Assembly: GCA_017390245.1 (NCBI GenBank)
Contig: JAFPCE010000099.1
Coordinates: 1 to 40,097, forward strand
DNA from: Selenomonadaceae bacterium
Lineage (GTDB): Bacteria; Bacillota; Negativicutes; Selenomonadales; Selenomonadaceae
Direction of reading: 5' to 3'
DNA length: 40,097 nt
A program made the translations under genes and the position numbers. The notes beneath the pieces were generated by a model. The model had not been told where the DNA came from. It did not search any database and was given only the letters and a program-made list of their open reading frames with translations. Positions 1 through 8,919 of the stretch are shown piece after piece (position 1 is the stretch's first letter; every line of letters begins with the position of its first letter).

Positions 1-237
1 ATCAACGATCTGATCACCAACGGCAAGGTGGATCTGGTGATCAATACGCCCGTGGGTGCGGACGGTGCCAGCGATGACAGCTATCTGCGGAAAGCCGCCA
101 TCAAGAAGAAAGTACCCTATATCACTACTATCGCAGCTGCCAAGGCAGCAGCCAGCGGCATCAAGTCTATGAATAAACCCGGCTGCGGTGTGATGAAATC
201 CCTGCAGGAACTGCACGCAGAGATTGTTGAAAAATAA
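1..237 (+). CDS. carB: Carbamoyl-phosphate synthase large subunit, C-terminal MGS-like domain (5' partial)
   Basis: Frame is open from base 1. INDLITNGKVDLVINTP...DDSYLRKAAIKKKVPYITTIAAAKAAA...VMKSLQELH matches the typical CarB C-terminus. Confidence 0.88.
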   Translation: MNDLITNGKVDLVINTPVGADGASDDSYLRKAAIKKKVPYITTIAAAKAAASGIKSMNKPGCGVMKSLQELHAEIVEK

Positions 238-245
238 ATCCTGTC

Positions 246-282
246 AAAACTCCCACAGAACATGTTCTGTGGGAGTTTTTTC
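246..282 (+). terminator. Intrinsic terminator after carB
   Basis: Perfect 34-bp palindrome aaaactcccacagaaca/tgttctgtgggagtttt (246-279) running into a T-tract. Confidence 0.85.
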
Positions 283-313
283 TGTACACCTTGGAGAAGT
301 TCGGGATTACCCA

Positions 314-342
314 TTGACTTTAGCACGCTAAAGTGCTAAAAT
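314..342 (+). promoter_or_regulatory. Sigma-A promoter overlapped by a palindromic operator (likely YerC/HisR site)
   Basis: TTGACT (314-319), 17 bp, TAAAAT (337-342). Palindrome ACTTTAGC-AC-GCTAAAGT (317-334) plus overlapping TTTAGCAC-N6-GTGCTAAA (319-340). Confidence 0.75.
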
Positions 343-370
343 GTGAAAAAATATATCAGGGGTGGAATTT

Positions 371-670
371 ATGAAACCTTATCATAACAAAGACATGGAT
401 TTTTTGTATCGGGGAATTTTGAGTTTGCAGACCCGGGAAGAGTGCTATGCGTTTTTTGAAGACGTTTGCACCATCAAAGAGCTGCAGGCTATGGCTCAGC
501 GGTTCCGGGTGGCATCCCAGCTGAAAGAAAACAAAAATTACAACGAGATCCAGGCGGATACCGGCGCCAGTTCGGCTACGATCAGCCGTGTTAATAAATG
601 CCTGCTCTATGGCAGCGGTGGGTATGCTACCGCGTTGGAGCGCATGGAAAAGGAGCGGGATGATGGATAA
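371..670 (+). CDS. yerC: YerC/YecD family TrpR-like regulator (HisR)
   Basis: ECYAFFEDVCTIKELQAMAQRFRVA...YNEIQADTGASSATISRVNKCLLYGSGGY is the YerC signature. Lies directly upstream of hisZG. ATG 371 chosen; GTG 362 is an alternative. Confidence 0.88.
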   Translation: MKPYHNKDMDFLYRGILSLQTREECYAFFEDVCTIKELQAMAQRFRVASQLKENKNYNEIQADTGASSATISRVNKCLLYGSGGYATALERMEKERDDG

Positions 671-1751
671 GATTCTGAAAAAAGAGGAGCAGGCCATCCT
701 GCTGCTGCGAAAGCTATATCAAAACTACGGCTACCAGCCTTATAAAATGAGCCGTTTTGAAGAATATGACCTCTATGTCCGCAATAAAGATTTTTTGGTC
801 TCCGATCAGGTCATCACATTTTCTGACCGCAGCGGTAAGCTTTTGGCGCTGAAGCCGGACGTGACCCTTTCTATCATTAAAAACGCGGGAAAAGCAGCGG
901 ATATCCAGCGGGTGTACTATAATGAAAATGTTTTCCGTGTGGATCCCCAGACGCGAGCCTTCCGGGAGATCATGCAAACCGGCTTGGAGTGCATCGGCGA
1001 TCTTTCTTCCTCGGACGTGGCGGAAGTGGTGCTGCTGGCAGCCCAAAGCCTCAGCAAGCTGGGTGAAAACTTTGTGCTGGATATTTCTCATATGGGTATT
1101 GTTGGCGAGATCCTTCGCAAAAGCGGCTTGAGCCATGAGGGACAGAACCGGGCTCTGCAGTATCTGCATCAGAAAAACAGTCACGAACTGAATCGTTTGT
1201 GCCGGGAAGAGAACTGCTGCGCGGATGATCTTTTGGCGTTGGTGGAGTGCAGCGGTACTCCGGAATCTGTATTTGCGCAAATGCAGAGTATGCGGATTGG
1301 AGAACCCCTGGCGCAGTTGCGGCAGATTTGTGATGCGCTGACCCGGTTTGGCTTTGGTGAACAGATCCGTGTGGACTTCTCCGTTGGTACGGATATGAAG
1401 TACTACAGCGGTGTGGTGTTCAAAGGTTATCTGGCAGGTATTACCACATGGATCCTTTCCGGCGGTCAGTATGATAAGCTGCTGCAGAAAATGGGTCGCA
1501 GCGGCAATGCGGTGGGCTTTGCCATTTATCTGAATCTTTTGGAGCAGATCCGTGAGAATCCCCGCTTTGATGTGGATACTGTGTTGTTGTATCCGGAAGA
1601 TACAGATCCGATGGATATGATGATGGCGGCGGCAAAACTGCGGGAACAGGGCGATGTGCTGACGGTAAACCGTTTGCCGCAGAATTTGCGTTGGCGCAAG
1701 CTATATGAACTGAGAGAAGGGGAGGCGGTTATCCTTGAAAACAATGGTTAA
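660..1751 (+). CDS. hisZ: ATP phosphoribosyltransferase regulatory subunit
   Basis: HisRS-like motifs (FEEYDLY, LALKPDVTLSI, EIMQTGLECIG, YYSGVVFKGY, SGGQYDKL, AVGFAI). AAGGAG precedes ATG 660/663. Followed by short hisG. Confidence 0.9.
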   Translation: MMDKILKKEEQAILLLRKLYQNYGYQPYKMSRFEEYDLYVRNKDFLVSDQVITFSDRSGKLLALKPDVTLSIIKNAGKAADIQRVYYNENVFRVDPQTRAFREIMQTGLECIGDLSSSDVAEVVLLAAQSLSKLGENFVLDISHMGIVGEILRKSGLSHEGQNRALQYLHQKNSHELNRLCREENCCADDLLALVECSGTPESVFAQMQSMRIGEPLAQLRQICDALTRFGFGEQIRVDFSVGTDMKYYSGVVFKGYLAGITTWILSGGQYDKLLQKMGRSGNAVGFAIYLNLLEQIRENPRFDVDTVLLYPEDTDPMDMMMAAAKLREQGDVLTVNRLPQNLRWRKLYELREGEAVILENNG

Positions 1752-2331
1752 TATTGCCCTTCCCAAGGGACGGCTGGGCGAGAAGGTCTATGCGCTTTTG
1801 AAAAACGCAGGCTTTTCCTGCCCCGAACTGGAAGAAAGCAGCCGGAAGCTGGTTTTTGAAAACGGGGAGAAGGGTGTCCGTTACTTTTGGGTAAAGCCCT
1901 CCGATGTATCCATTTATGTGGAACGGGGCGCGGCGGATATCGGTGTGGCAGGCAAAGATATTCTGCTGGAGTACCGGCCGGATGTGTACGAATTGCTGGA
2001 TTTAAACATCGGCAAATGCCGGATGGCGGTGGCCGGACCCACCGGATTCCGGGACAGCGCAGGCAGAACCCTCCGGGTGGCCACCAAGTTCCCGGAGATC
2101 GCACAAAGCTACTACAATGAAAAATGCCGGGACATCGACATCATCAAGCTGAACGGCTCCATCGAACTGGCGCCCATTATGGGACTTTCCGATGTGATCG
2201 TGGATATCGTAGAGACCGGCAAGACATTAAAGGAAAATAATCTGGAAGTGTTGGAGACGATCGTGCCCATCAGCGCGCGGCTCATTGCCAATATGGCCAG
2301 CATGAATAAAATATTTTGCTGGAATTTTTAA
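1735..2331 (+). CDS. hisG: ATP phosphoribosyltransferase, short form; C-terminus appears truncated or replaced
   Basis: IALPKGRL, KPSDVSIYVERGAADIGVAGKD, RVATKFP, GSIELAPIMGLSDVIVDIVETGKTLKENNL. After ARLIAN the frame runs into AT-rich sequence (NKIFCWNF). Confidence 0.88.
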   Translation: MKTMVNIALPKGRLGEKVYALLKNAGFSCPELEESSRKLVFENGEKGVRYFWVKPSDVSIYVERGAADIGVAGKDILLEYRPDVYELLDLNIGKCRMAVAGPTGFRDSAGRTLRVATKFPEIAQSYYNEKCRDIDIIKLNGSIELAPIMGLSDVIVDIVETGKTLKENNLEVLETIVPISARLIANMASMNKIFCWNF

Positions 2332-2485
2332 CAAATATCCGCAGTCAGAATAAAAAATAGAGAATTGTCCTTGTACTATATACAATAAGCCGGATTAATG
2401 ATAAAATTAACTTGTAATTATTTACGTGGGAGGCAGGAGAGTCCTCCCTTAATATTTTTTGTGTATTTCTAAGGAGGTTTTTCTG

Positions 2486-3715
2486 ATGGCAGAGGAAAAA
2501 AAGAATTCTCTGGACAGCCTTGGCAAGTGGATTATTTTAGCCACTATCCTGGGTGCAGTAGTAGGCCTGGTAATGGGCAAGCCTGCTCACATGTTCGCTC
2601 CTATTGGCGATCTGTTCATGTCCCTCATTAAGATGGTAGTCGTACCAATGGTTTTCTTCTCTTTGGTAGGCGGTGCTGCTTCTCTTGGTAACTCCAAGGG
2701 TGCAGGCAAAATCGGTGCTATTACATTTATCTATTATGGTGTTACCACTGCAGTAGCAGTTGTTCTGGGCCTGATTGTAGCTCAGATTTTCAAGCCAGGT
2801 GCTGGTATTGATATTTCTGCTATTTCCGATGCAGCTATTGACGTTGATATGTCCCAGAGTGGTTCTATTCCAGGCTTCTGGGAGACTGTAATCGGCTTCG
2901 TACCTGTTAATCCTTTTGCAGCTCTCGTTGAAGGCAACATCCTGCAGACCATCGTATTTGCTTTGTTTGTAGGCTTTGCTCTTTCCCTTTTGGACGAGGA
3001 CAAGAAGAAGTTCATGATGAACATCTTCAATTTCTTCACAGAGATTTTCATCAAGATTATGACCGGCATTATGTACATTGCTCCTATCGGCGTATTTGCA
3101 CTGATGGCTGATGCAACTGGTACCTTCGGTTATGATGTTCTGGTTAAGATTCTCCAGCTGATTGTTGCTTATGTATTGGTACTGGCTGTTGTTACTTATG
3201 TAATGATTGGTGGTACTGTACAGCTCTTCTCCAAGAAGGTTGGCTATGTACAGTTCTTTAAGAGCATGTGGAAGTGCCAGGTATTTGCATTCTCCACTGC
3301 ATCTTCCATGGCTACCCTGCCAATGAACATGAGCACCTGTATTAATGAGTTCAAGCTGAATAAGGGTACTGTATCCTTTGCTTTGCCATTAGGTGCTACC
3401 ATTAACATGAATGGTAATGCTGCATACTATGCAATGGCAGCTTGCTTCATTGCCCAGATGTATGGCATTGAGCTCAGCGTTGGCCAGTATATTGCTATTA
3501 TCATCACTGCTACCTTAGGTGCAGTTGGCCAGGCTGGTGTACCAGGCCCAACTCTGCTGGTTGTAGCTGTATTGGTTGCTGCTAATATTCCTATTGAGGC
3601 ACTGCCAATCCTCTTTGGTGTAGACCGTATCTTCGATATGCTCCGTACTGCAGTTAACATCACTGGTGATGCTGCCTGCGCTACTATCGTTGACCGCTTC
3701 CGTGAAGAAGAGTAA
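2486..3715 (+). CDS. Dicarboxylate/amino acid:cation symporter (DAACS/GltP family)
   Basis: AFSTASSMATLP, LPLGATINMNG, GVDRIFDMLRTAVNITGD motifs; multiple hydrophobic segments; AAGGAGG before ATG 2486. Confidence 0.92.
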   Translation: MAEEKKNSLDSLGKWIILATILGAVVGLVMGKPAHMFAPIGDLFMSLIKMVVVPMVFFSLVGGAASLGNSKGAGKIGAITFIYYGVTTAVAVVLGLIVAQIFKPGAGIDISAISDAAIDVDMSQSGSIPGFWETVIGFVPVNPFAALVEGNILQTIVFALFVGFALSLLDEDKKKFMMNIFNFFTEIFIKIMTGIMYIAPIGVFALMADATGTFGYDVLVKILQLIVAYVLVLAVVTYVMIGGTVQLFSKKVGYVQFFKSMWKCQVFAFSTASSMATLPMNMSTCINEFKLNKGTVSFALPLGATINMNGNAAYYAMAACFIAQMYGIELSVGQYIAIIITATLGAVGQAGVPGPTLLVVAVLVAANIPIEALPILFGVDRIFDMLRTAVNITGDAACATIVDRFREEE

Positions 3716-3746
3716 TATTACTATTTATTAGATATCGGGAAATAAC

Positions 3747-3780
3747 AAAAGGCGCTGCTCTACGGGGCAGCGCTTTTATT
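3747..3780 (+). terminator. Intrinsic terminator after DAACS gene
   Basis: aaaaggcgctgctc-tacg-gggcagcgcttttatt hairpin plus T-tract. Confidence 0.8.
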
Positions 3781-3845
3781 GTGGCATTTTATCACTAAAT
3801 GGAGTAATATATGCTTAATGGTTTATAAAAATGGGAGGTACCATT

Positions 3846-5192
3846 ATGAATATCGTAATTGTAGGAGCGGGCAAGCTGGGATATAGTATCGCAGAGCTTC
3901 TGTCGAAGGAAGAATATGATATTGTGGTTATTGATAAAGAAGCAGAGCGCCTGGATATGATAAAAAACAATCTGGACGTTCTGACTATTCATGCCAGCGG
4001 CTCCAGCCCTACTACTATGGATGATATGGATGTGAGAGGCGCAGATATGCTCATTGCTGTTACTGGTAGTGATGAGGTAAATATGGTCTGCTGCATGATA
4101 GCCAAGAAGCATGGCATTACCCATACGGTGGCCCGCATCAGGGATATGCAGTTTCTCACTGAATCCAAGGATTACTTAAAGCAGAATTTTGATATAGACC
4201 TGGTATTGAATCCAGAGTATATTACCGCACTGGAAATCAGCCGTATTCTGATGGTACCTGCAGCGCTTAATGTGGAGGATTTTGCTGAAGGCAGGGTGCG
4301 TTTATTTGAGACGAAGGTAAAGAAAAAATCCCTGCTGGCCAGAAGGCCATTAAAAGAGCTGGAGATACCAAGATCTATTCTGGTAGCCATGATTTTCAGA
4401 GACAGGCGCATGATTATCCCTCATGGTGATGACTGCCTGCTGCCTCATGACAATGTGTATTTTGTAGGCAATACTACGGATATTGAAAACTTCAGCAAGA
4501 ATCTGATTCAGCGTGATACCAACAAGATAAAAAAGGCAGTTATCATTGGCGCTGGCCGTGCCGGCCGTTTTACTGCCAGAGAGCTTGATAAGCAGGGCGT
4601 AGATGTTATGGTCATTGATATAGATAGAGAGCGCTGCCGTATGGTGAATGAATACCTCACTGGTAACAGCGTTGCAGTATGCGGTGATGGTACTAATATA
4701 GAGCTGCTGCAGACAGAAGGTGTCAGCAAGGCTGATGTTATTATCTGCCTGACAAATGATGATAAACTCAACCTCCTTATGGCCTTAATGGGCAAGCATT
4801 TAAACGTGAAGAAAACCATTGTTAAGGTTAACCGGGCCGAGTACATTGATTTGATGGAAAAGGTAGGCATTGATATAGTATTGTCTTCCCGTTTTCTGGC
4901 TGCCAGCGAGGTTATGGCCTTTGTACGCCGGGGCGGCATAGTTTCTGTTTCCCTGCTGGAGGGTGCTAAGGCTGAGGCTATTGAGGTAGTGGTACAGGAA
5001 GGTGCCCGGGTAGCTGGGCGAAAGCTCATGGATGCTGCCCTGCCACGGGAATGTCTGGTCTGCGGCTATGTCCGGGAGGAAAATGCCTATGTGCCAAATG
5101 GTAATTCTGTGCTGCAGCCAGGTGACAGAGCTATTATTATTGTGCAGATGCAGCATGCTAAAAAAGTGCTGAAATATTTCCATAAGGGTTAA
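3846..5192 (+). CDS. trkA: Trk potassium uptake NAD-binding subunit (tandem RCK domains)
   Basis: Two Rossmann motifs (IVIVGAGKLG; VIIGAGRAG), AVTGSDEVN, IIPHGD; GGAGG RBS; followed by trkH genes. Confidence 0.93.
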   Translation: MNIVIVGAGKLGYSIAELLSKEEYDIVVIDKEAERLDMIKNNLDVLTIHASGSSPTTMDDMDVRGADMLIAVTGSDEVNMVCCMIAKKHGITHTVARIRDMQFLTESKDYLKQNFDIDLVLNPEYITALEISRILMVPAALNVEDFAEGRVRLFETKVKKKSLLARRPLKELEIPRSILVAMIFRDRRMIIPHGDDCLLPHDNVYFVGNTTDIENFSKNLIQRDTNKIKKAVIIGAGRAGRFTARELDKQGVDVMVIDIDRERCRMVNEYLTGNSVAVCGDGTNIELLQTEGVSKADVIICLTNDDKLNLLMALMGKHLNVKKTIVKVNRAEYIDLMEKVGIDIVLSSRFLAASEVMAFVRRGGIVSVSLLEGAKAEAIEVVVQEGARVAGRKLMDAALPRECLVCGYVREENAYVPNGNSVLQPGDRAIIIVQMQHAKKVLKYFHKG

Positions 5193-5198
5193 GGCGGA

Positions 5199-6659
5199 GT
5201 GGCAATGGATCGGATTGTTTTACTTTTAACAGGCAAATTAATTCTTTTTTGTGGCGCTTTTCAGCTGATTCCCTGGTGCTACAGCCTTTATTTAGGCCAC
5301 GATGATATTGTGAGTGCTTTTTCAGCTTCTATTTTGATTGCACTTTTAACAGGCATCTGGTTTTTAGGCAAGGGCGAAAAGCACGGAGATAGTATGAATG
5401 CCTGGGAAGGTTCCTGCTTTTTGTTTTTCAGCTGGTGGATTTTGTCCTTGTTTGGTGCTCTGCCATATTATTTTAGCGAGCATTTGCATTTTGCCGGAGC
5501 GATTTTTGAAAGCATTTCCTGTTTTACCACTACAGGCATCAGCAACTATGCTGGTGATATGGATATAGCTGTTATACTGTGGCGCAGTTTGTCCCAGTGG
5601 CTGGGAGGCTATTTTGTCTTTTTACAGCTTTGCACGCTGCTTCCTGTTACCAGCGGCTGCTTTGGCATTTCCTTTGTACTGCCTGGCAATATGCGTACAG
5701 GTGCTATTTCCCAGCGGCGTTTGCAGAAAACTGCAGGCCGTATATTGAAGATTTATCTGGTGGTTTCCTTGGTGGGGATGGCTTTATATGAGCTATGTGG
5801 CGTATCAGTTTTTGATGCTCTGAATCTAGCCATGGTTACCATATCTACAGGCGGCTGTTATACACCGGATGCCAGTGTTTCCATTGATGGCTGGTTTACC
5901 ATTACAGCATTTTTAGGTATTTTAACCTCTGGCTGCAATATACTTCTTTACTGGCAGGCCTTCAGCCGTGGTGAAATCCGTATTGTGAAGCAGACCTTTT
6001 ACAACAGTGAAACCAGGATTTTTTTCCTGCTGTTATTTGTATTTACTACGGTTATCGGTTTGCATCTATATTCCCAGGGCATGTACAGCCTGGGTGACAG
6101 TATGGCTAACAGCCTGTTCCACGTAGTATCCTTTGCCTGTACCAATGGTGTTATGGTGGATCAGATGCTGCACTGGCCTGGCAGTGATAAGTTTTTGTTA
6201 ATCTGCCTGGCTTTAATCGGTGGCTGTGTAGGTTCTCTGGCAGGTGGCTTTAAGATTTTCCGGCTGCAGGTGCTGGCTAAAAGTGCTTATGCAGAGATGA
6301 AGCGTTCCCTGCATCCCAATATGGTAGTGAGGATTGTGGTAGATGGCAAATCTGTACCCCATAAGACCATAGAGCGCATACTGACATATTTCTTTTTGTA
6401 CTTTTCCACTATAGTGGTGTCTATGCTTTTTGTTTCCTTAGCTGGCATGAGCATGCAGCAGACTGCAGATATTGTGGTATCATGCCTTACCAGTACGGGC
6501 CAGATGATGCTGTTTCACAGTGATTATGAGGAGCTGCAGTCTTTGCCTGATTATATTAAGATGATTTGCTGTGTGATTATGATTATTGGCAAGATAAATA
6601 TCTTTACCCTGCTTCTGCTGCTAAATGGCGGCTGGTCTAAATTAAAGGCCCGTGGCTGA
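5199..6659 (+). CDS. trkH: TrkH family potassium uptake membrane protein (divergent paralog)
   Basis: FESISCFTTTG, LWRSLSQWLGG, ISTGG, IGGCVGSLAGGFKIFR, LHPN motifs. Confidence 0.85.
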   Translation: MAMDRIVLLLTGKLILFCGAFQLIPWCYSLYLGHDDIVSAFSASILIALLTGIWFLGKGEKHGDSMNAWEGSCFLFFSWWILSLFGALPYYFSEHLHFAGAIFESISCFTTTGISNYAGDMDIAVILWRSLSQWLGGYFVFLQLCTLLPVTSGCFGISFVLPGNMRTGAISQRRLQKTAGRILKIYLVVSLVGMALYELCGVSVFDALNLAMVTISTGGCYTPDASVSIDGWFTITAFLGILTSGCNILLYWQAFSRGEIRIVKQTFYNSETRIFFLLLFVFTTVIGLHLYSQGMYSLGDSMANSLFHVVSFACTNGVMVDQMLHWPGSDKFLLICLALIGGCVGSLAGGFKIFRLQVLAKSAYAEMKRSLHPNMVVRIVVDGKSVPHKTIERILTYFFLYFSTIVVSMLFVSLAGMSMQQTADIVVSCLTSTGQMMLFHSDYEELQSLPDYIKMICCVIMIIGKINIFTLLLLLNGGWSKLKARG

Positions 6660-6692
6660 TGCCGCTGGTCTGGAGGTTAATGGTGAAATATT

Positions 6693-8135
6693 ATGAGTTA
6701 TAAGGTTGTTGCCTATATCATGGGAAAGCTGCTGGCTGCTTTAACCATAACGCTGGCTGTACCCTTTCTGGCAGCTGTATACTGGCAGGAAGCCAGCAGT
6801 ATTGATTTTATAGGAACTATAATTTTCAGCTTTGCCATTGCAGTTTTTTTGTATAACTATGGTGAGCTGGAGCATGACAATCTGACAGTGCGGGAGGGCA
6901 TGGCCATTACAGGCCTTTCCTGGCTGCTGGTGTCATTGATAGGTACTATTCCTTTTATAGCAGGACATCATTTAGGTGTTATAGATGCGGTTTTTGAATC
7001 CATATCTGGTTTTACCTGTACAGGTGCGTCGGTTATACCGGATCTGGATGCTATGCCCAGGAGCATTATTCTCTGGCGCAGTATCATGCACTGGCTGGGC
7101 GGTTTGGGGATTATCGTTATCTTTATAGCTATTTTCCCTCAGCCTGGCAACAGTGTCATGAAAATATTTGATACAGAAACTACAGGACCTTCTAAAGACC
7201 GCATGGTACCCCGGATTAAGAATGCAGCTCATGCGCTGCTGTTTATCTATATCGGCTTTACCTATCTCATGCTGTGTCTGCTGCTATTATGCGGCTACAG
7301 CTTGTTTGATGCCATTAATATCGCCTTTACCACCCTGGCTACAGGTGGTTTTGGGGTGCTGAATGACAGTATTGCAGGCTACAATAATTTCCCTGCTGAA
7401 ATGGTGATTATCTTCTTCATGCTGGTGGGCGGTGGTAACTTTGGCCTTTACTTTATGGCCTGGCGCAAGGGTATCAGCAAGATGCTGCACAATATAGAAT
7501 TCCGCATTTATCTGATTATGTTTGTGGTCTTTACCTGCCTGATTACCATTAACCTCACATCTGTTATGGGGATGCATAGTGATTTTGCCTTGAAAAACGC
7601 TGCTTTTCAGGTGGCATCAACCCTGACTACCACAGGCCTGGGCATAGATAACTACAACACCTGGCCAGCCTTTTCCCAGTACTGCATAGTTGTGCTGATG
7701 CTGACAGGCGGCTGTGCTGGTTCTACCTCTGGCGGCATGAAAATTGCCCGCGTAGTTATCCTGTGCAAAATGGTAGGAAAAATCATTAAGGAAAAGCTGC
7801 ATCCTAACAGCTTTGCCATAGTCAGAATGGAAGAAAAGCAGCAGGATGATGTGGTTATATTTAAAACAGCCAGATTTTTCTTCCTGTATATTTTCCTGGC
7901 GTTAATGACTACTATTTTCTTTAATTTTGATGGTGTACCGTCTGTAGACTCAGTGATGCTGGCTCTGTCCTGCATGGGCAATGTAGGCGTGTCCTTTGGT
8001 TTGGAGTACAGCTTTGCCCAGCTGCCAGACATGTCTAAGGCTGTGTGCAGTATCAACATGCTGGTAGGACGTCTGGAAATCTTCACTTATCTCGCTATGC
8101 TGCAGGCCAGCTTCTGGCGGGAAAATAACTGGTAA
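6693..8135 (+). CDS. trkH: TrkH family potassium uptake membrane protein
   Basis: FESISGFTCTGAS, WRSIMHWLGGLGII, LATGGF, TTTG, GGCAGSTSGGMK, GNVG, GRLEIF motifs. Confidence 0.92.
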   Translation: MSYKVVAYIMGKLLAALTITLAVPFLAAVYWQEASSIDFIGTIIFSFAIAVFLYNYGELEHDNLTVREGMAITGLSWLLVSLIGTIPFIAGHHLGVIDAVFESISGFTCTGASVIPDLDAMPRSIILWRSIMHWLGGLGIIVIFIAIFPQPGNSVMKIFDTETTGPSKDRMVPRIKNAAHALLFIYIGFTYLMLCLLLLCGYSLFDAINIAFTTLATGGFGVLNDSIAGYNNFPAEMVIIFFMLVGGGNFGLYFMAWRKGISKMLHNIEFRIYLIMFVVFTCLITINLTSVMGMHSDFALKNAAFQVASTLTTTGLGIDNYNTWPAFSQYCIVVLMLTGGCAGSTSGGMKIARVVILCKMVGKIIKEKLHPNSFAIVRMEEKQQDDVVIFKTARFFFLYIFLALMTTIFFNFDGVPSVDSVMLALSCMGNVGVSFGLEYSFAQLPDMSKAVCSINMLVGRLEIFTYLAMLQASFWRENNW

Positions 8136-8150
8136 TAAACTAAATTCAGG

Positions 8151-8225
8151 CACAAGAAAAGCCACAGCAATGTTATGTATCCTGACTAACGGATAGCTAC
8201 AGCATTGCCGTGGCTTATTTTTGTG
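8151..8225. terminator. Long imperfect hairpin between convergent trkH and gmhA (probable bidirectional terminator)
   Basis: cacaagaaaagccacagcaatg ... cattgccgtggcttatttttgtg with an inner tatcc/ggata stem. Confidence 0.6.
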
Positions 8226-8234
8226 TTATTAATT

Positions 8235-8897
8235 TTATGCCTGGAAAAATTCTTCTTCCACAGCCATACACAGCATGTGATAAATAGGTAAATGCAGCTC
8301 CTGAATCTTGTAGGTTTCCTGCTCTGGAGCAGCAATGACAATATCGCAGATATCCTGCATTTTGCACTGGCGGCCACCGATTAAGCCGATGGTCTTAATT
8401 CCAAGGGTTCTGGCCATCTGTAAAGCATAGATAACATTGCTGGAATTGCCAGAGGTGCTGATACCTATGAGAATATCTGCTGGCTGGCCTAAGCCCAGAA
8501 GCTGCTGGGCCATAGCTAAATCTGGTGCCTGGTCGTTAGCAAAAGCACTGTTTAGCGCTACTGCATTCATCAGGGAAATAGCTGGTAATGGGCTCTGGAG
8601 ATTTTTGTATAAATAATCTGCTTCCTCTGGGCAGACTGTCTGCATTTTTTTATAGAGCTCCTCATTTAAAGGACGTTTTTTGATAAAGCCCTTCATCAGC
8701 TCGCCCACAATATGCTCAGCATCTGAGGCGCTGCCACCATTGCCGCAGACTATGACCTTGCCACCAACTTTGTAGCATTGGCACATGGCCTTTATTGCCT
8801 GTAGCAGGGAGTCACGGCATATATGGAGCTGAGGGTAACGTGCTATAAGCTCATCAGCCTTTTGCAGTGTTAATTCCTTGCACAAATTAACCCACAT
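8235..8897 (-). CDS. gmhA: SIS-domain sedoheptulose-7-phosphate isomerase
   Basis: VCGNGGSASDAEHIVGEL, AFAND, GISTSGNSSNV, IQELHLPIYHMLC. Exact start codon uncertain. Confidence 0.85.
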   Translation of the reverse strand: MWVNLCKELTLQKADELIARYPQLHICRDSLLQAIKAMCQCYKVGGKVIVCGNGGSASDAEHIVGELMKGFIKKRPLNEELYKKMQTVCPEEADYLYKNLQSPLPAISLMNAVALNSAFANDQAPDLAMAQQLLGLGQPADILIGISTSGNSSNVIYALQMARTLGIKTIGLIGGRQCKMQDICDIVIAAPEQETYKIQELHLPIYHMLCMAVEEEFFQA

Positions 8898-8919
8898 CCT
8901 TTCTGAATATATTTATTGA

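Noticed and set aside
588-659. Extended N-termini in the ORF track (hisZ shown; likewise purA, ptsI, ung, cysK, trkA)
   Set aside because: Downstream starts have clear RBSs and match family N-termini.
8151-8225. Long hairpin as a MITE or REP element
   Set aside because: No second copy or target-site duplication seen in the window; its position between convergent genes fits a terminator.
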